This document shows positions 62,697 to 64,000 of a stretch of 64,000 nt of DNA, one piece after another. Under the pieces are notes generated by a model, which was given only the letters and a program-made list of their open reading frames with translations, did no database searches and was not told the origin of the DNA. Numbering within the stretch: position 1 is the first letter of the stretch; each line of letters starts with the position of its first letter. A program made the position numbers and the translations under genes. Origin of the DNA: Blasia pusilla (taxonomy: Eukaryota); NCBI GenBank assembly GCA_050084515.1, contig CM114271.1, positions 27,962,001-28,026,000 on the forward strand. The letters are read 5' to 3'.

Positions 62697-64000
62697 ACCC
62701 GAGGATGAATAGGCGCAAGGAGAGGATAAAATACCAACTCATTGTTTATAGACAACTACCCTGGTCATATAATTACGACAACAATTAGCATAGATTGTCT
62801 AATATCCAATGATGTGTTAAAAATGTATAAATCATGTAGCACTCAATCATAAGTGACTATTATTTTCATGCAATGATTGATAATAAATAATCAGGTTGTA
62901 TGATAATGATTACAATTCATTCATGTAGTTGTTGCATTACAACTTTGCATATCTAAATGAGTGAAAATTTTATGACTATGAAAGGCATATTGGGTTGTCA
63001 TGTTATGACTAGGAATGTCTTACAAAGTTGTCACATTATGAATATACAAGTTATAGCATTATGTATGCGAATGATTGAATTAGTTTTCTTTGGCAAAGAA
63101 TGATTAGAGTAGTAATTTTATAATCACTAATGAATTGAGTTCTTAATGAATGTTAGTCCTCATGTAATAACTTGAAGGTATTTGACTCTTATGGTTATAT
63201 TGTAGAACTCATCTTGTCATTGTGGACTACACCCGGAGTCATTTTAGTAGGACTAGAGTTACTTCATGATGCATTTAGTGTGGTTTTTTGCATGTATTAT
63301 CAGCTCAAAATGGTGGATGACTATATAATAAAGAATTGTCTTCCACAAATAAAAACCTTCATTAAAAAATCCCAATAGAACTTGCTTGATATAAATGAAT
63401 TAAGTAATGTAAACATGTTGTAATTATTGGAACTCATAACAAATACAATTACATTTGAGTTTAAGAAGCTATAGAGCCAAAAATTTAATTGAAAAAAATC
63501 AGATTATGTAAGATAAAACTTGTGATAAGCCATAACAAAATTCAAAATTGGACCATATATCTTTGATAATTAAAGATCTAATGCAACACCTTCCTCGTAT
63601 GCATTTTAGGCTAAAGCATGCTTGTCCCCAATGCATCCGCAAAAGTCAATTTTAGTACTTTTTCCTCTATGGTTCACAATCCATAACATCTATCAAATCT
63701 ACTTGCACGATGCCTATGCGCATGATGGCACGAAAACAGGCTTGTCTGTCCATGGGAAAAATATGTCCATAGATATGCCCAACGAGTCCCCTACACATGG
63801 TTTTTTTGTATCCTAGTGGCCCAGGAGAATGGATCGGAGCTCAAATGAAGGGAGGTGACCAATGATTGAATGGGTGTATAGGCTATGAGCTCCTATTTGG
63901 TCTGCACCTAGCGTGCAAGGCCCACTCTAAGCCCACATGTTATGGGCCCTATGCGGGCCAAGTGGGCTCGGTGCAGGCCTCTACGCTTGCACCGAGCCCA

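Larger units (their letters stand above)
48992..62720 (+). mobile_element. Mutator-like (MULE) DNA transposon of ~3.06 kb; right TIR split by the retroelement at 52033-62696
   Basis: The left TIR (48992-~49045) is the reverse complement of ~52000-52032 joined to 62701-62720. 8-bp TSD AGAGGATA (48984-48991 / 62721-62728). Confidence 0.85.

Overview
Eukaryotic DNA from a land plant, probably a non-seed plant (inference). One host gene is present: a 21-exon MED23 (Mediator subunit 23) on the minus strand at 10096-44298, about 1610 codons, with one apparent single-base deletion in exon 11. Its introns hold nested Ty1/copia elements (half-tRNA-type PBS), solo LTRs, a MITE and a Helitron-type 3' end. 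The most unusual feature is a Ty3/gypsy-like retrotransposon family present in three copies: 1-5013 (minus), 5014-7731 (plus) and a full-length copy at 52033-62696 (plus). Its polyprotein order is gag - protease - C5 cytosine DNA methyltransferase (DNMT3/DRM-like motifs) - RT - RNase H - integrase - PHD finger. It lacks ordinary LTRs and has split direct repeats instead (A...B-A-B), with TG...CA ends, a 4-bp TSD and an internal palindromic end-to-start junction (CACGACA-GC-TGTCATG). In place of a tRNA primer site it has a sequence complementary to its own predicted transcript 5' end, conserved by covariation in two diverged copies, which suggests self-priming. The full-length copy sits inside the TIR of a Mutator-like DNA transposon and carries a nested solo LTR. 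All copies have disabled reading frames. All calls were made by eye; no searches were run.
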